Source of the DNA: Eledone cirrhosa
Taxonomy: Eukaryota
Length of the DNA: 64,000 bases
Assembly: GCA_964016885.1 (NCBI GenBank)
Contig: OZ024740.1
Location: 161,758,001-161,822,000 of the forward strand
Reading direction: 5' to 3'
This document shows, one piece after another, positions 1 through 13,798 of the stretch; position 1 is the first letter of the stretch, and the number at the start of each line of letters is the position of its first letter. Below the pieces are notes generated by a model. It ran no database searches. It worked only from the letters and a program-made list of their open reading frames with translations, and was not told where the DNA came from. The position numbers and the translations under genes were made by a program.

Positions 1-69
1 GCGAGGTTAACTTTGCTTTTTGTCCTTTCAGAGTTGTCCTGGTAGATTGGCAGAATTGTTAGTGTCGGG
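1..69 (+). mobile_element. Degenerate fragment of tRNA-derived SINE family A, cut by the window edge
   Basis: GCGAGGTTAACTTTGCTTTT and GGTAGATTGGCAGAAT resemble the body and head of the better copies at 16819 and 63300. Confidence 0.5.
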
Positions 70-534
70 TGAGTTCTATTGGAATATTAGTTCCGGTCCT
101 TTGCATTGTATGTTCAAATCTCACTGTGGCTTACTTGAGAGGTAGATTTAATCCATCACTTGGTTTAACACCATCACCTGTTTCTTGGATGCTATTAATG
201 ACGCCTACTCCGTTACAAACATTTCAGTTTGATGATATATTACCCCTCCCATTACCAATTTTAGAGGCCTTGAAAAAATAGGTCATGAACTCTATCCTTT
301 CTTTTTCTCAGTATCTGTGATTTGAGAAGAACTGCACGTTCACAAATGTTTCAGCATTTGTTTTGTCTTACTTTGTTTGGGTTTTTTTTATTTTTATTAT
401 TATATCATTCCTGTTTCTAATCTACCTTTCGTACTAACTCAATCTACTTTAGGAATAAATATTCCTCTCTCGCTTTCTATTACCACAAGAGGAAGACTTG
501 AATTCTCGTTTATTTTGAAAAACTAAAAAAAGAC

Positions 535-708
<174 letters not shown>

Positions 709-1407
709 AAATTTAGTACAGTATCATCGAAGCTCTGGTTGCAGCCAAGCTAACGAATGCAATCTCGGTGTACAGCTAAGCACTCAATAGGGTATATTAC
801 CCTAGAGTTATAACATTACGTTTAGACAGCTTTGCAAATTGAAGACAGCTATATATATATTTCTCCTGCTGTATCATCATCCTTTTCTTCTTCATGACCA
901 TCAACTTCTTCAACTTTATCACATTTTCCTCTTTTCCTCTTCCAATTCCTTATCCTCTCCTTCTTCTGCGAGGCCAGTCTCCCTCACATGGTGATCATTC
1001 GACTATAAATTCACAGTAAATTGTTTGAAAGAAACATTTCTATAAAATCTGATTAAAAACGATTACTAGCCATTAAATGGCATTTCAACACTTAATGGTG
1101 ATCTCTACTGAATGCCACTTATTTAAATATAAACACAAACATACACACTCACGCACATATACACATATACACTTCAGTACACGCGTACACGCGTACACAC
1201 CTACGCATTCACGTTCATACATACCATATAAACACACACACATATACATAGACGCAAACTATCCCACTTGAACATAGATAGTCATACATATAACCACAGG
1301 CCTCTCATTTAATTTCTTCTTTACTCTCCCCGACCCACTTCTTCTTCCCCTTTGTCCATCTTAATTTCCCTTTCCACACACACACACACAAACACACATG
1401 TATGTAC

Positions 1408-1467
<60 letters not shown>

Positions 1468-1796
1468 GGGTGGGGTTGCATGTGTGAATGTCTTTCTCTT
1501 TCTTATTTAACTTGCAAGTCTTCGCAAGTTGTTTTATCAACATTCATCATAATATTCATTCTCCTTGCCATAATTGAACATCTTGTATCAGGCAATGATA
1601 ATAGGTTTTTTTTGAGCAAATGAAAAATAACTTGAGTTATTTGCATTCAACTTGGAATACAAAACCTTATATTGTGAACACATATGGCGAATAGGATCTG
1701 AATTGCTTTCAACAGTGTCTTTTTACTTTACATAAAACAACCGATATCTCGCTGACAGCATGGATGAAATGAGAAGTTGTAACTTTTATACAAATC

Positions 1797-1930
1797 GGCG
1801 GTAAATTGGCATTCGTGAAGGCGTAGGACAAAATGTCTTTTGTCATATATTTCGGTTCTCTGTGTTTTAAGTTCAAATTCCACTGAGACCAGCTTTGCTT
1901 TTCTGTTTCGAGAGCGATAAAATAAAGTAG
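1797..1930 (+). mobile_element. Old diverged SINE family A copy
   Basis: GGCGGTAAATTGGCA head, AAGTTCAAATTCC B-box-like motif, CTTTGCTTTTC...GATAAAATAAAGTA body. Confidence 0.6.
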
Positions 1931-3820
1931 CAGAGAGTAATGGAAGGGATATTGTCAGGACGGACTACCTTCTTGTTTTCCAACGAACGGAGGGAGTTTC
2001 GTACTTGGTATGTATGTGTGCATGATGGTAATACTTGTGCAAGGGTACAATTTGAGAGGATGTGAGAATATTTATTTGCTGAGTGTAATATTGAATTTGC
2101 TGCAATATCGGCCACGAATGATGAGACTTTCTCTGCCGGAGTACCGCTCAGTATAATATAGGTTTTTATTATTTTACCTTCTTCAAAATTAATTTGCACC
2201 ATTTTTCTAAACAATATAATATCATTTCCTGTAAATAATCAGCACTCTGTATGAGAAAATATTTTCAGCAATTTATCATCTGCAGCGTAAAATTTGGGTC
2301 ATCCATATACAAAATATTGTTTAATGTACCCTCATGGCATTTTGTATCCAAGCCCAGTCTCGTTTGCTGGAAGTGTTAACACCTTACAGAAACAAGGCGG
2401 AGAGAAGAAGTCCCATTGAAATATTATTATTCTGGTAGGGATGGGGTTAGATTTTATAATTCCCTCTTTTGTCTGTGTCTGCAAAACTGTTTACCATTTG
2501 CTCATGTCATATTTAATGTAAATACTTATTAGTCAATTCCCTTATAATTACCACAAACGCCTTCTGGTAGTTAATGCAAGCCATGTTAAAATCCTTCATT
2601 TCATCCTGCAGCCTTCAGTTATGGCTTTGCTCATCAGTAATTGATATTTCCAGTCATATGAGATTTGTGGCATCCTTTTTGTTCTGGGAGATATTTTTAT
2701 TTTATTTTTTTCTCAACAGGCAAGCAATTAACTTCGTGATATTATTGCTATTCTCATTCGGCAGGGAAATTTGAAGGGTTTGTTGTTTGATCAGGCATGG
2801 AGTGAGTTATTCTGATGTTTTAGGCTTTTTTAGTAGGATGTTGAATATTTTTATAAGAATGTTCTGTGTACGTTAGTTATTTCGGCCACAGGTTTGGAAC
2901 TTATATTTTGTGGTTACTTTCCAATTTTTAATCTTCTATAGTCCTAGCTACTCGGATTGTTATTTCTCTTTTTTATGTGATGCATTTACTGGTTGGAATA
3001 TTTTCGACCGTTGTTCGTGCTCCTTCTCCACCAAATTCTTGTTTGAGCACAATTCTAAAATTTCAAGTACACATAAAAGACATTTCGCAGCTGGATATTA
3101 TGATATACTAGGTGAAAGTCCCACTCAGTGGATTCGAAACCAGACCACATGGTTGTGAAATGTACTTCTTACTCACGGTCATGTCTGCACCTGATCCTCA
3201 AATGTTAAAAATAAAATAGAGGATAACATCATGATATGTCCAAGAGGACATATCACTCATGTTTCCTTTCCAGTGTATATAAGAGCTTAGATATTTCTGT
3301 CTATAAACCCAAATAATATTTATTAAACACATTCAGTGAAAAATATCTTGATCAGACTTATTTGGTTGTAATCTTTATAGAATGTGTGTCGTATTACTGG
3401 GTGTATATATAATAGCAAAGTTCCACACGAAAATATGAAACACGTAGATAAAACCTAACAAAAGCATCTATCGCCATCATCGGCAATCCATTGAATAATG
3501 TATTTCATTACATATATATATATCAAAAGAATTGTCTGCCCTGAGGTTATGCTTTAACCGTTTTGAGTAAACTGTAACCATACGGTAGAAAATCCTTATA
3601 TCTGCACTCTACTTTTCTTAAGTATAGAGTGCTAAGTTTGAATAGTCTTGCTGATCTTACATTGTACCATTTCACCTGCACACGCATGTACGTATGTACG
3701 TATGTACGTATGTATATATGTATGTATGTATGTAATATGTGTATGTATGTTTGTGTGTGTATATATATATACATGTCTGTGGGTGTATTTATATCCTTAT
3801 GTACATATGTTCAGACACTA

Positions 3821-3942
<122 letters not shown>

Positions 3943-4226
3943 ATATATATGTATGCATGTGTCCAAGTTAGTAGTTAAAATAAATTTTCGTAACTGAATA
4001 CGTTCTAATCAAAATACTTAGAAGTGAACGATTAAGAAATGTAAAAACTGAGCCAAAAATTCGTATCTAAAACGGACTGTTCTTTGCTATCAAATATCCG
4101 TTGTCAATGTGTTTTATCAGCTAAGAGACTAATCTGCAGTGACTCCACGCTAATTAGTCAAACAGCATTAGCTATTTAGTAAGCTGCTGCTCCCAACCGA
4201 AGGCACGTAACGTACTTTTTACTTAC

Positions 4227-4285
4227 ATCGTATTTCACATATTGGCGGGACAGAAGAATATGCAGAGTGAACTTAAACTCTTTCC
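4227..4285 (-). CDS. Candidate 59-bp internal exon (phase 1 to 0), peptide (G)KEFKFTLHILLSRQYVKYD
   Basis: TTTTATAATCAG acceptor, GAT|GTAAGT donor, one open frame, phase compatible with the 9563-9652 candidate; no recognised homology. Confidence 0.25.
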
Positions 4286-4474
4286 CTGATTATAAAATAC
4301 CATATCTCGGATATTATTTGAGATTTTACTTTTTAATTGTTTTAATTTATAAATTTCAAGTTTAAAGTGTTTCTGAATATGTTTTACATTTTCCCTTCTA
4401 CAGGAAGTAGTTGAATTTTTCTGTAACAAAATGGCATCTGCTTAATAAAGGTTTATATTCAAAGAAAGACTTTA

Positions 4475-4717
4475 ACGCCAGCACCAACAGTTTTGCAAGA
4501 GATGTCAACATGAATGGACCTGTTATTTTTCTCTAAAGACATTTTTTCAAATTCCAACCCACCCGTCCCCTCAACCTATCTTATTTCTCATTCTTTCTTC
4601 TGATGAAGGACTAGCGTCCAAAACGTTTAAGACCCTCTTCCTGCTATATCAAGCGTTAACCTAATATATCCCTTCCATGTTCTGTACCGATTGTGTTGTT
4701 ATTTCTGTTTACCTTTT
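4475..4717 (+). mobile_element. Penelope-type terminal-repeat fragment with decayed hammerhead (4596-4633); related copies at 39335-39555, 42580-42652 and 29205-29252 (minus)
   Basis: CTGATGA-A-GGA ctagcg TCC-AAAA(for GAAA)-CGTT-TA; shared 3' end CTGTACCGATTGTGTTGTTATTTCTGTTTACCTTTTAC abutting microsatellites. Confidence 0.55.
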
Positions 4718-4738
4718 ACACACACATACACATATACA

Positions 4739-4793
<55 letters not shown>

Positions 4794-5718
4794 CGCGTGT
4801 GTGTGTGTGTGTGTTCGTGTGCGTGTGTGCGTGTTTGAAAAGGCGGGTGAAGTTCAGTAGAAAACAAAGGGTATAATTAAAAGATGGAGGTGAACATATA
4901 CAGATGTATATTGAATGATTATTTTTTCTTTAATTCGACAGAATGAATAATGTTGTTGTATTAAATATAACCGGTGCCAATTTGTGTAACAATAAAAAAA
5001 ATATTAGATATTAAATATTAGATATTAAATATTGAATATTTATAAATGCTTTTTCAAGTATTCTGTGACGGTTCAAATATATGTGAGTTTTCTGTCAACA
5101 TTTCTTCTTATATATATTCTTTATGAAGGGGTGGTGGTGAAGGCGGAGGCTAGGAGTGGATATAGAATTTATCTTTTGTCTTGTGGTATGTCTGTGTGTG
5201 TGCGTGCGTGTGGCGTGTGCGTGTGCGTGTGTGCGCGCGTGTGCGTGTGTGGGGGGGGGGTGTAAAGAGAACAAAATTGATTTTAGGAGTTGCAGCTAAA
5301 AGTAGGGATAAATATATACATAACTAAATATATAGATATGCGAGTTGGTAATTCGGATTGGTGTGTGTCCGGTCAAATATTTGATTACAGTTATTCCATA
5401 GTCATTGGGTCTGCTCATGTATAGGTTTATAACGTCAAAGGAAACAAAAGTTGTGTACTCACAGTTTGGGAAAGATGGTTTCGCATGTCAAGGTCATCTC
5501 TTATGTAGCTCTGCAAATGTTAAAGAAAGGGCTTTAAAAGGGTGTCTAGAAAGTTACATAATCTGTGTGTTTCACATGCTGGGTCTGTTAAAATTGGCCT
5601 GAGATTTAAATCATTAGTTTGTATTAACTGGATGTATTTGGTTATCTAGGTTTTGCAAGCGTCATTTATCTGTTTGTACAGTTTCGGTAGCTTGATTTTT
5701 CGACAGAATTCCATGAAA

Positions 5719-6525
5719 TTCTTCTTCTTCTTCTTCTTCTTCTTCTTCTTCTTCTTCTTCTTCTTCTTCTTCTTCTTCTTCTTCTTCTTCTTCTTCTTCT
5801 TCTTCTTCTTCTTCTTCTTCTTCTTCTTCTTCTTCTTCTTCTTCTTCTTCTTCTTCTTCGCCCACTGAGAGAGTTGTGGGGGTAGAATCCTCAAACACTC
5901 CTTCCAGTGGGCCCTGTCAGAAGCAACCGTCTCCAGCTGGATCCCCAAACGTGACCAGCCGAGGTCATGGATGTTATTCAACTATCCGGGTCTCCTGTCG
6001 GTTGGTTTTGCCCATAAAAGCTGTCCAGCCATTCTTTCCTGAGACATTCTAACCACTTGCCCTTAATATCTGAGCTGTGACCTCTCAATTCGGGGAAGTA
6101 GCGGCTCTACCGGGAGTGGCTCTCTAATCTCCGAGCTACGCCCTCTATCGTGTGATGCTACACCAAAGACCCTTCGGAGAAACCACATTTCGGTCGCATG
6201 TATTCGCGATCGTATTCTTTCCGTCATTACCCAAGATTCATAACCATAGGTAAGGGTTGGCACGAATACTGAATTGAAAATAGTGTGTTTGGCTTTCACA
6301 CCTACCTCCCTTCGTCTGATTGCTGAATTCTGAAGCTGGGGCATTACTGCACCAGTTTCCGCAATTCTTACACTTAAATCAGTTTCCTGTCTTTCATCAC
6401 CCAAGAACACGGCCCGTGATACTTGAACTTCTCTATGTACTTGCGTCAGTGGAACTCCATTTACATGTAGAGTGCACTGCGCAGGCTTCCTTGAGAGGAT
6501 GAGTGTCTCAGATTTCGCAGCAAGG
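5719..6525 (-). mobile_element. 5'-truncated RTE-clade LINE (RT C-terminus) with a (GAA)n tail at 5719-5859
   Basis: ORF 6063-6542 contains FVPTLTYGYESWVMTERIRSRIHATEMWFLRRVFG...VEPLLPRIERSQLR; the 3' end runs into about 47 GAA units; paralog at 36925-37745. Confidence 0.85.
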
Positions 6526-7773
6526 AAACAAAAAACGAACAAACAACACGATGTAATAACATGAAGTTGTATTAGTTTCAGGCTTGGAGGAAGAAGAGTG
6601 AGTTACATAGTCAACGTATCGGGTATTTGCTCTTCATCAAGAAAAACACAAAAGGTAAAGTGTAAAAAATAAAGTCTGTTTAAAATAAAATTAGAAAGAA
6701 AATAAAACAATAATAAAAAGTAAAGGGGAGGAAAAGCAGTGGTGACTGGTCCTGCGTGTGGATGTGAGGGTTGAGTGAGGGGTACAGACGTGCAGTTGAT
6801 GGTTGTGTGTTGGTGGGGTACATATTACGATACGTGTGTGTATGTGTTAAACTGTTGTTGGTGGAAGCGTGTGGGTGTGAATGTGTGTACACATGCATCC
6901 ACCCGAACACACACACAATTACACGCAGGTGCATGTGTACACACACATCCGTGTGTGGGGAGTGTATGTTAGTGTGTGACTTTGACAAGGATGTGTGGTT
7001 GCTGGTGTGTATTGTGTAGTAGCATGTATTGGTATTTGCCTTTGTGTGTACGGATGGTTTTCATATCTAGTATGGTCCGAGATGGCTTTTCGATTCCAGG
7101 TTGGTAACCCCAAAGTCGGAAATAACCGTTTGTAAAATGGAAGAGAAATGAATCGTGGGTAGTTACAGGGAATGTGTGGATGTGTGCGTGTGTGGGGGAT
7201 ACTGGTGGAAGAGTTCTAAGAAAGAACTAGGGGTGGGGTGTTATATTCAGCGGTCAGACAGAATGTAGAGGGCAGAGGTTGAAGGAGTGTGTGGTATGTG
7301 AGGGCAGGTGGTACGAATGGTGTAGAGGTGGCTGTGGTGGTATTGGCGGTGATGGTTGTGTTGGTGGTTATGATGTTAGTGCTGCTCATGTGTGCTCGCA
7401 CAGATGTAAAAGCACACACACATATAGATTCACGCAGGTGTGTGAGTATTAGTAGTTTGGGATAGCCGTACGTAATGTTCGGCAACAGGTATATTATATA
7501 TTTTTTCTTATAATAAGAAACAGAACCCTCTCTGAAGATCGTCAGTTCTGACGGAATGAGCTGTCTTAATTAATTAATTAATTAATTAACTGTGATGGTC
7601 AATTCCGTTCGTTTGCTCATGAAATGCAGTAAGGGTAATATTTGTTGAACACTCTTGCTTTAGATCACTGAACATGGAATTTACCCCTTGGGTGAGATGC
7701 CTGTGAAGCTTTTTTTTATTTTAAAGTACTTTACTACGGCCTTCCCTTTGGTTAATCTGCGCCTTATTATATA

Positions 7774-8542
7774 CTAGCAGTGGTACCCGGCGTTGCACGG
7801 GATAAGGTATTTTGGAACGCGGGCCGCCAACAGACTTAATCGTGGAAAAACTGCATGCGTGGACAATATGTAAAGAAAATAAACCGAATACTCTGATGAC
7901 TGGATAATCTTTAAGATTTTCCTCGATGAAACAGGAAAAATGCAGGTTTTCACCTAATGCGGGCTCTAGGGAATCAAGAAAATGAATTTTTTTAAAGCGC
8001 ATAATATGCCTTGAAATTTCGGCAAAATCGGCTAGACGTAACGCCTCAAAAAAACCCCTAAAAACCTGAAAAAACCTAATGCGGGCCCTAGGGGATCAAA
8101 AAGTTGAATTTGTTTATGTGCATAACACTCCCTGAAATATAAGTAATACGTATGTAAAGTTTGAAAAACGTCGGTTGGGTACTTCTCGTGTTTTAGGGAT
8201 TCAAACTCACAGACACATACACACACACACAGACAGACATTCTCAGGGAAGTGACGTAATGCAGACAGTCAGACATACAGACAGATATTATAAGGGCGTG
8301 ACGTTATATGTATGTATCTATCTAAAAAGAGAAAGACTAAGAATTATAGAGAGAGATTGCTAAATCGCCTAATGCGGTCCCTAGGGCATTGAAAATTTGA
8401 AATTTGTTTTGCTCAGAACACTCCCTGAAACATAAGTATTACATGAGTAAAGTTTGAAAACAGTCGGTTGGGTGGTTCTCGAGTTTTAGGGATTCAAACT
8501 CACACACACACAGACAGACATCATCAATTTTATATATATAGA
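7774..8542 (-). mobile_element. Non-autonomous Helitron-like element
   Basis: Minus strand begins TCTATATATATAAAA and ends with hairpin CCCGTGCAACGCCGGG, about 9 nt, then CTAG|T; homologous copy at 42671-43305. Confidence 0.75.
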
Positions 8543-8589
8543 CTAGCAGAAAACCGCCCACGGGTGGTTTTCTGCTAGTATATATATAT

Positions 8590-8795
8590 ATTACACACAC
8601 AGAAATGTATATATATTTCTGTGTGTGTATATATATATATTACACACACAGAAATGTATATATATTTCTGTGTGTATATATATATATATATTACACACAC
8701 AGAAATGTATATATATTTCTGTGTGTATATATATATATTTCTGTGTGTGTATATATATATATATTACACACACACAGAAATGTATATATGTTTCT
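8590..8795. repeat. Minisatellite of about 50-bp self-complementary units (CACACAGAAAT-TA spacer-ATTTCTGTGTG), about 4 copies
   Basis: Direct reading. Confidence 0.85.
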
Positions 8796-9112
8796 GTAGC
8801 ACTCCTGAATTCCCCCCTCTCTCCCTCCCGCTATCCCCCTCTTGTAGTCTGTCTCTTTCTTTCACTCTCACTCTCTCTCTCTCTACGCGTGCGCAAAAAA
8901 CATTCGCACGCGCGCACGTGTTTTAGCGTCTATTCACTCTCTCTCTCTCCCTCCCGCTATCCTCCTCTCGTAGTCTGCCTCTTTCTTTCACTCTCACTCT
9001 CTCTCTACGCGTGCGCAAAAAACATTCGCACGCGCGCACGTGTTTCCACTGTCGGACAGACAGACAGAGAAATTGCTGGTTATATATTATAAGGAGATAT
9101 ATGTGTGTGTCT

Positions 9113-9253
<141 letters not shown>

Positions 9254-9562
9254 GAGAGTGAGAGAGAGAGAAAGATGTCTTTCGTTCGTTCCTGCTTTCC
9301 ACCTTTCTTTATTTTTTCTGCTTTCCTTTCTCTCCATCATTCGTTCTTTCTTTTCGTTTCCTGTCTTTCGTTTTCTTTTCTGTTTTTGTTTCTTCTTTCT
9401 TATATTACTTTATTTTTATTTTTTTTATTTGGCTTAATTTCTTTCAGTCAGTGTCTTTCATTCTTTCTTTTATTTCTTCTATCTAGTTTCTTATTTCGCC
9501 TGTACTCCTCTAGCAGACAGACAATCCACACGAAATCTTTATTCTAACTCCCCGCCACTCAC

Positions 9563-9652
9563 CGCTGATACCTGCAGAGTTGTACGGTCTTTCAATTGCG
9601 TCATTACCACTTCCCCCAAGTGAAATAATATATTTCTTATCGTCACGGAAAT
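9563..9652 (-). CDS. Candidate 90-bp phase 1-1 internal exon, peptide (D)FRDDKKYIISLGGSGNDAIERPYNSAGIS
   Basis: TTTATATTTTCAG acceptor, GCG|GTGAGT donor, non-repetitive sequence, open frame; protein not recognised. Confidence 0.4.
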
Positions 9653-10410
9653 CTGAAAATATAAACACACTCTCTCTGTATGAACCACCAAAATGTGTAA
9701 TGAGCCAAAAGAAAACTCGTCATAGAAGGCGGGAAAGTAATCTTGGATTCCTTGAGTAATGAAAATACTACAAACATACGTACACATAGACATTCAGACA
9801 TACCATGCATACATATGCACATGTGTACCAACACACGCAAAATAGGTAACAAGATAGAAGATAATGCACATTAATTCTGTTTTGTTTTGTCTTTTGTTGT
9901 TTTGTTTTTTGTTATGCCTCACACCTGCGTAGGTTTCGCCAGCTCAATGTGTTGTAACTCAAAGGTTTCTTGGTTGTTTTATGATAGAGACCCCAATTCT
10001 ACCAGGGCATCATTTTTATTGTGACGGTGTATAGAATTTGAACTCAGACACATCCTTTCGTAATTACTACTACATTTACAAGGTTTTCTATGATTGTCAA
10101 TTACGTATATCCTTCTTATTGTTTAATGTGCGAACTCTCTGATGAGAACTCCAATTAAGGTCGAAAATTGATTAAGAATATCTATCATGTTTTAAGTTTA
10201 CAAGAAAATACATAAATTTAACATGTCTATATATCTATTTACGCAATGTGTATATTTAAATAATTCTAATGTATACTTCGGCTGCTTAGCGCAACATTTA
10301 AGATATTGCAACAATTTGTAATTTGTAATTTGTTAATCGACTCTGAAATGATGATAGGTATCTAAACAAGAGGATGTATGACAAAACAAAGGAGAGACAC
10401 AAAATAACAA

Positions 10411-10460
10411 ATTAGTCACTGAGGAGGTCACAGAATGTGTGGCGAAAGAGCTTTGACAAT
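10411..10460 (+). ncRNA. Minimal type I hammerhead ribozyme candidate
   Basis: GTCA-CTGAGGA-g-GTCACA gaatg TGTGGC-GAAA-GAGC-TT-TGAC: stem I GTCA/TGAC, stem II pairs, CUU cleavage triplet; decayed inverted homolog near 20715-20760. Confidence 0.6.
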
Positions 10461-10609
10461 AAATAAACAACCATCCGGTTATTAAACCAGCCGGAAATTT
10501 GTCATAAATTTATTGGCAGCATGGCCCTCCCAAAGTGTAACAATATATTTATCTACACACACACACACACACACACGCGCACACACCTATATATATATAT
10601 ATATATATA

Positions 10610-10679
10610 CAGGGTGTCCCAAAACATGTATACACACTTCAACAAAAATATAATCAAAGCGTGTATACACTTTTGAGAC

Positions 10680-10685
<6 letters not shown>
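10610..10685. mobile_element. Tiny Tc1/mariner-like MITE
   Basis: TA|CAGGGTGTCCCAAAACATGTATACACACTT and imperfect inverted end AAGCGTGTATACACTTTTGAGACG, inside (TA)n. Confidence 0.55.
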
Positions 10686-10759
<74 letters not shown>

Positions 10760-10785
10760 CACACATGTAATATATATATATACAT

Positions 10786-10907
<122 letters not shown>

Positions 10908-11531
10908 GTATATGTATATATATATACATATATATATATATGTATGTATGTATATATATGTATAAAGAGAGAGACAGAGACAGAGAGAGGGGTAGATTAT
11001 CAAATTGTTTTAAGATTAATAGTTTCTGTACAAATCGTGTTATATAGGAAAAAAGTACCTAATGTGATTTTATGTGGTATATATACATGCATTGTGTAAA
11101 GTACAGAACGAAAAAGCCAATCCAGATTAAAAAGAATAGTTTTGTACGTAACCGATTTCGCTTAAACAGTTTTTCAAAAGTTTTTTTCATGTCTGACTTT
11201 TTAAGCTACCATTTGTAATATTATTGTCGCTTATGCTTTTCGTAAAACAAGGGACACAACTGGTTTTATCTTTGCTCCTTATGTCAAGGTTCACTATTCT
11301 TGTTGGTGTAAAGTATTTTTCGTTGTGTACTATACACGTAGCATGTACATATAATAATAATACAATAGGTGCTTTTTTCAAATCTTTATTATTATTATCA
11401 CACACACGCCCGCGCACACACACGCACACACACACACATATATATATATACATGTATATATATATGTATATATATATATGTATATATATATATATACATA
11501 TATATATATAGATGTATACAAATATATATAC

Positions 11532-11589
<58 letters not shown>

Positions 11590-11590
<1 letters not shown>

Positions 11591-12040
11591 CATGATGGCT
11601 GCCCCCTCGTTATCGAGTATGGCCATTGCACGATATACCATTATTAATAATAATTAATTAATTCTATCGTGCAATGCCTGTGCGTGAAGATATTTTTTAA
11701 AGTGACGAAAGACTGTGCACTGAGCCAATCCCACTCTCTGAGCGACAGTAGCTATAACCCGAAAAGAAGAAAAGTTCAACATCATCGGTAACTACTGAGC
11801 CGCAGGTTTTATATCGGAGCTATCTCAGTTTCCTGAGTTGCCTTCTCCTAGAAGAATGCCCTGAGATAGGCTAGGGTCCTTCACTCCCAGTGGTTTAACC
11901 GCGCGATTGGGTGTCCAGCCCGACTATATATATGTCCTCGCGCATATACATACACATGCACCCATGCATATACACATATACACACACATGTACATGTGTA
12001 TATACATATTTACACACTTTTGAGTTCTTCCGCCCTTTGT
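11590..12040. repeat. Unclassified interspersed repeat; homolog at 61245-62118, where it is interrupted by a mariner derivative
   Basis: ATGATGGCTGCCCCCTCGTT...GTGTCCAGCCCGAC...GAGTTCTTCCGCCCTTTGTA aligns between the two loci. Confidence 0.85.
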
Positions 12041-12059
12041 ACATACATACATACACACA

Positions 12060-12308
12060 CATATATGTTGCTTGCTGTTTTCCTACCTTCGGTTTGCTTT
12101 TCCTTCTATGTTGTTTACTTGTCTCACTCGCTTTACGCGATTCACTTGTCCCAATAGCTTATTTTAGTTATTGCTCGCACCAACCTGAGGTATCTGATTT
12201 TTAATGCGATGACATACCAATGATGGTTGGCAAATCACTGACGAGGGACTAATTTTATAATATGTAACCCATGTGCAACCACGCAGTATTCCCCTTTCTT
12301 CCCATGTT

Positions 12309-12315
<7 letters not shown>
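12060..12315. repeat. Interspersed repeat with a close copy at 57690-57935 and a distant relative in the 19451-20452 arms
   Basis: TGTTGCTTGCTGTTTT...GCTCGCACCAACCTGAGGTATCTG...CACGCAGTATTC shared. Confidence 0.8.
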
Positions 12316-12347
<32 letters not shown>

Positions 12348-12509
12348 TGTATATATATATACATATATATACACGCATACATATATACATAACATACATA
12401 CATACACACATATATACAGTGGCGGACTGGGTCTAAAGATATTGGTTGCCAGGAGATGAAGGAAGCCCACCTACATATAGAATGCTATCATTTGAGTGTT
12501 CTATAAACC

Positions 12510-12709
12510 ACATCCTCGTTTAGTTTCTCATCTATCTAGACTATATTTTAACCTGTAATCCATGTTTCATTTCTGTTGCACCTCATTTCTCCCTCTCTCT
12601 CTCTTTCTCTCTGTGATATTTGAATCTACTATGATTTGGGTTTACTTTGTTCATACCTATATATGTTCTTATGTTCTTGCATGTCAGATTGAAACTTACA
12701 ATGATTGGC

Positions 12710-12712
<3 letters not shown>
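12510..12712. repeat. Dispersed direct repeat, second copy at 14245-14510
   Basis: CATCCTCGTTT...TCTAGACTATATTTTAACCTGTAATCCATGTTTCATTTCTGTTGCAC...AAACTTACAATGATT shared. Confidence 0.8.
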
Positions 12713-12769
<57 letters not shown>

Positions 12770-13798
12770 GAGGGATCTACTGTAAGTTGTGGAGTCTATT
12801 CTGTATGAAGAACTGCTTTTGAAAACAGCTGGTGATATGCATGTAAGTAAATATTCTCTCTATCTGATAGTTTGTAAACTTACATAGATCAATAACTGAG
12901 TATAGATACAATGTATTATCACCATCTAGAAACGATCGTAAAGCAGTGAAGTATATCTCTAATGACTTGATTTTTTATTTCATTGTTTTAACTTATATAT
13001 TATAAATATATATATATATAAAATAAATATCTTTAAATCGTTTGGAAGCCTCGACAATGCAAATGGGTAAATCTCCGGGTAACAAGATCCGGTGGTGGAG
13101 AGAGAGAGGTAAGTGGGTGTACGTTGAGATGCGTGATGTGTAAAGATGTGTAAATGTGTAGAAGAAAGAAGGGAAGAGTATAAAGGATAAAATAAAAATG
13201 ACAACACAAGAGAGAGTTACCTTGGGAGAGATTTAATAGTCCCTATATATTTCGGATTCACATCCATCAACTGGGGTTTTTTTTCCGGGGTAAAGGTTGT
13301 CTGTCGGACAGGTGCGAAACGCGTCCTCCGCTGTTTGTTGTTTTGAATATCTGAGGTATTCGGCAGAGCGCGCGTGCGCGTGAAATGGGGTCGGTCGGGC
13401 AGAGGTCAGCGGCCGAATGAGGGAGTGGGGTGGCGCTAGCTGTCAGTCCATTCTCTGCCTGTTTGTTAATGTTACTGTGTGTGTGTGTGCGTGTGTTGTT
13501 GTCTCACTTGAGTGTGTGTGTGTGTGCGTGTGTAGTTGCCCTGTTCCTCTGTACACACGCACACACACACACTCACACACACACACACGCACACACACAG
13601 AGTGTGTAATTAATTTAAATTGAAAGTAACTAATTTAATTTGCTTTTTTTAGCAAACAAATAATATATATATATATTATTTGTTTGCTAAAATAATAAAA
13701 TTAAATTAATTCAACAGTTAGACACACATAGGAATAATAAGGTTGTTACCAAAGGGCTAGAGGATTGAAAAGTCGACCCTAAATATTACTGATAGCTC

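Noticed and set aside
1873-2300. 113-aa ORF with faint LINE-like words (RPDNIP; YAADDKL nearby)
   Set aside because: Too degraded to call; part overlaps a SINE
5646-5981. Poly-K, poly-E and poly-F ORFs
   Set aside because: They are the (GAA)n tail of the RTE LINE
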